Assembly: GCA_002269645.1 (NCBI GenBank)
Contig: NIVC01001520.1
Span: forward strand, 124,001 to 188,000
DNA from: Macrostomum lignano
Taxonomy: Eukaryota
Direction: 5' to 3'
Length of the DNA: 64,000 nucleotides
Shown: piece after piece, positions 63,801 to 64,000 of the stretch
How the letters are laid out: each line of letters begins with the position of its first letter
Numbering within the stretch: position 1 is the first letter of the stretch
Program-made: the position numbers and the translations under genes
Notes under the pieces: generated by a model
The model's input: only the letters and a program-made list of their open reading frames with translations
What the model was told of the DNA's origin: nothing
The model's database searches: none

Positions 63801-64000
63801 TGCTGCCAGTCCAGACGGAGCTGGCCCCAGCGTTCCGCCTGGTGCTCGTTGCCATAGCAATCACCAACGACACCGTTACCTGGGTCTTTCCAGTACTCCG
63901 GCTGCAGGTGTGAGCGCAGATAAGCCTGGTGCCGCTCGGCTTGCATCAGCAATGCCTGCTGTTGCTGCTGTTGTTGCTGCTGCTGCTGCTGCTCCGACGA
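60806..64000 (-). CDS. TUBGCP5: Gamma-tubulin complex component 5 (5'-incomplete); exons >64000-62835, ~62250-61626, 61356-60806 with a frameshift near 61031
   Basis: YLRSHLQPEYW, QAVRETIWMLSG (GCP5-type GRIP1 start), WPLGVVFTETTLRVYSESFRWLLKLRCAK, C-terminal HIEPLVSAM; acceptor of the middle exon uncertain. Confidence 0.8.
62281..62500. repeat. 25-bp minisatellite in a TUBGCP5 intron
   Basis: Unit ctagagaccgattcagaggtcaaat. Confidence 0.95.
62526..62760 (-). mobile_element. tRNA-derived SINE, copy 2 (B-box region deleted)
   Basis: Shares ends (tacacctgccct ... acaacccctagc) and central body with 43623-43809. Confidence 0.7.

Overview
Eukaryotic (animal) genomic DNA. GC-rich exons, GT-AG introns and a different minisatellite in nearly every intron suggest a flatworm such as Macrostomum (inference, not tested). 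Host genes reconstructed by hand from splice sites: a complete 7-exon MCM2 (-), a 3xLOTUS+Tudor TDRD5/Tejas-like gene (-), AP-1 sigma (+), the 3' part of TUBGCP5 (-, running off the window), a secreted FAMeT-like-domain gene (-), and three paralogous, unassigned small secreted proteins, two of which have an ATG-only first exon. Mobile DNA: a decayed IS630/Tc1-like transposase, an RTE-like LINE with an 11-bp flanking direct repeat, a truncated DIRS-like element inside a satellite, hAT-type MITEs (one only 37 bp), a Merlin-like deletion derivative, two tRNA-derived SINEs, and a 3.07-kb TIR element inserted in (TGAC)n that carries a spliced gene with an RG tract and a Spindlin-like methyl-reader domain. 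Best candidates for something undescribed: the Spindlin-like-carrying transposon and the secreted-protein cluster. Several single-base homopolymer frameshifts look like long-read assembly errors. All homology calls are from motif recognition, not database searches.
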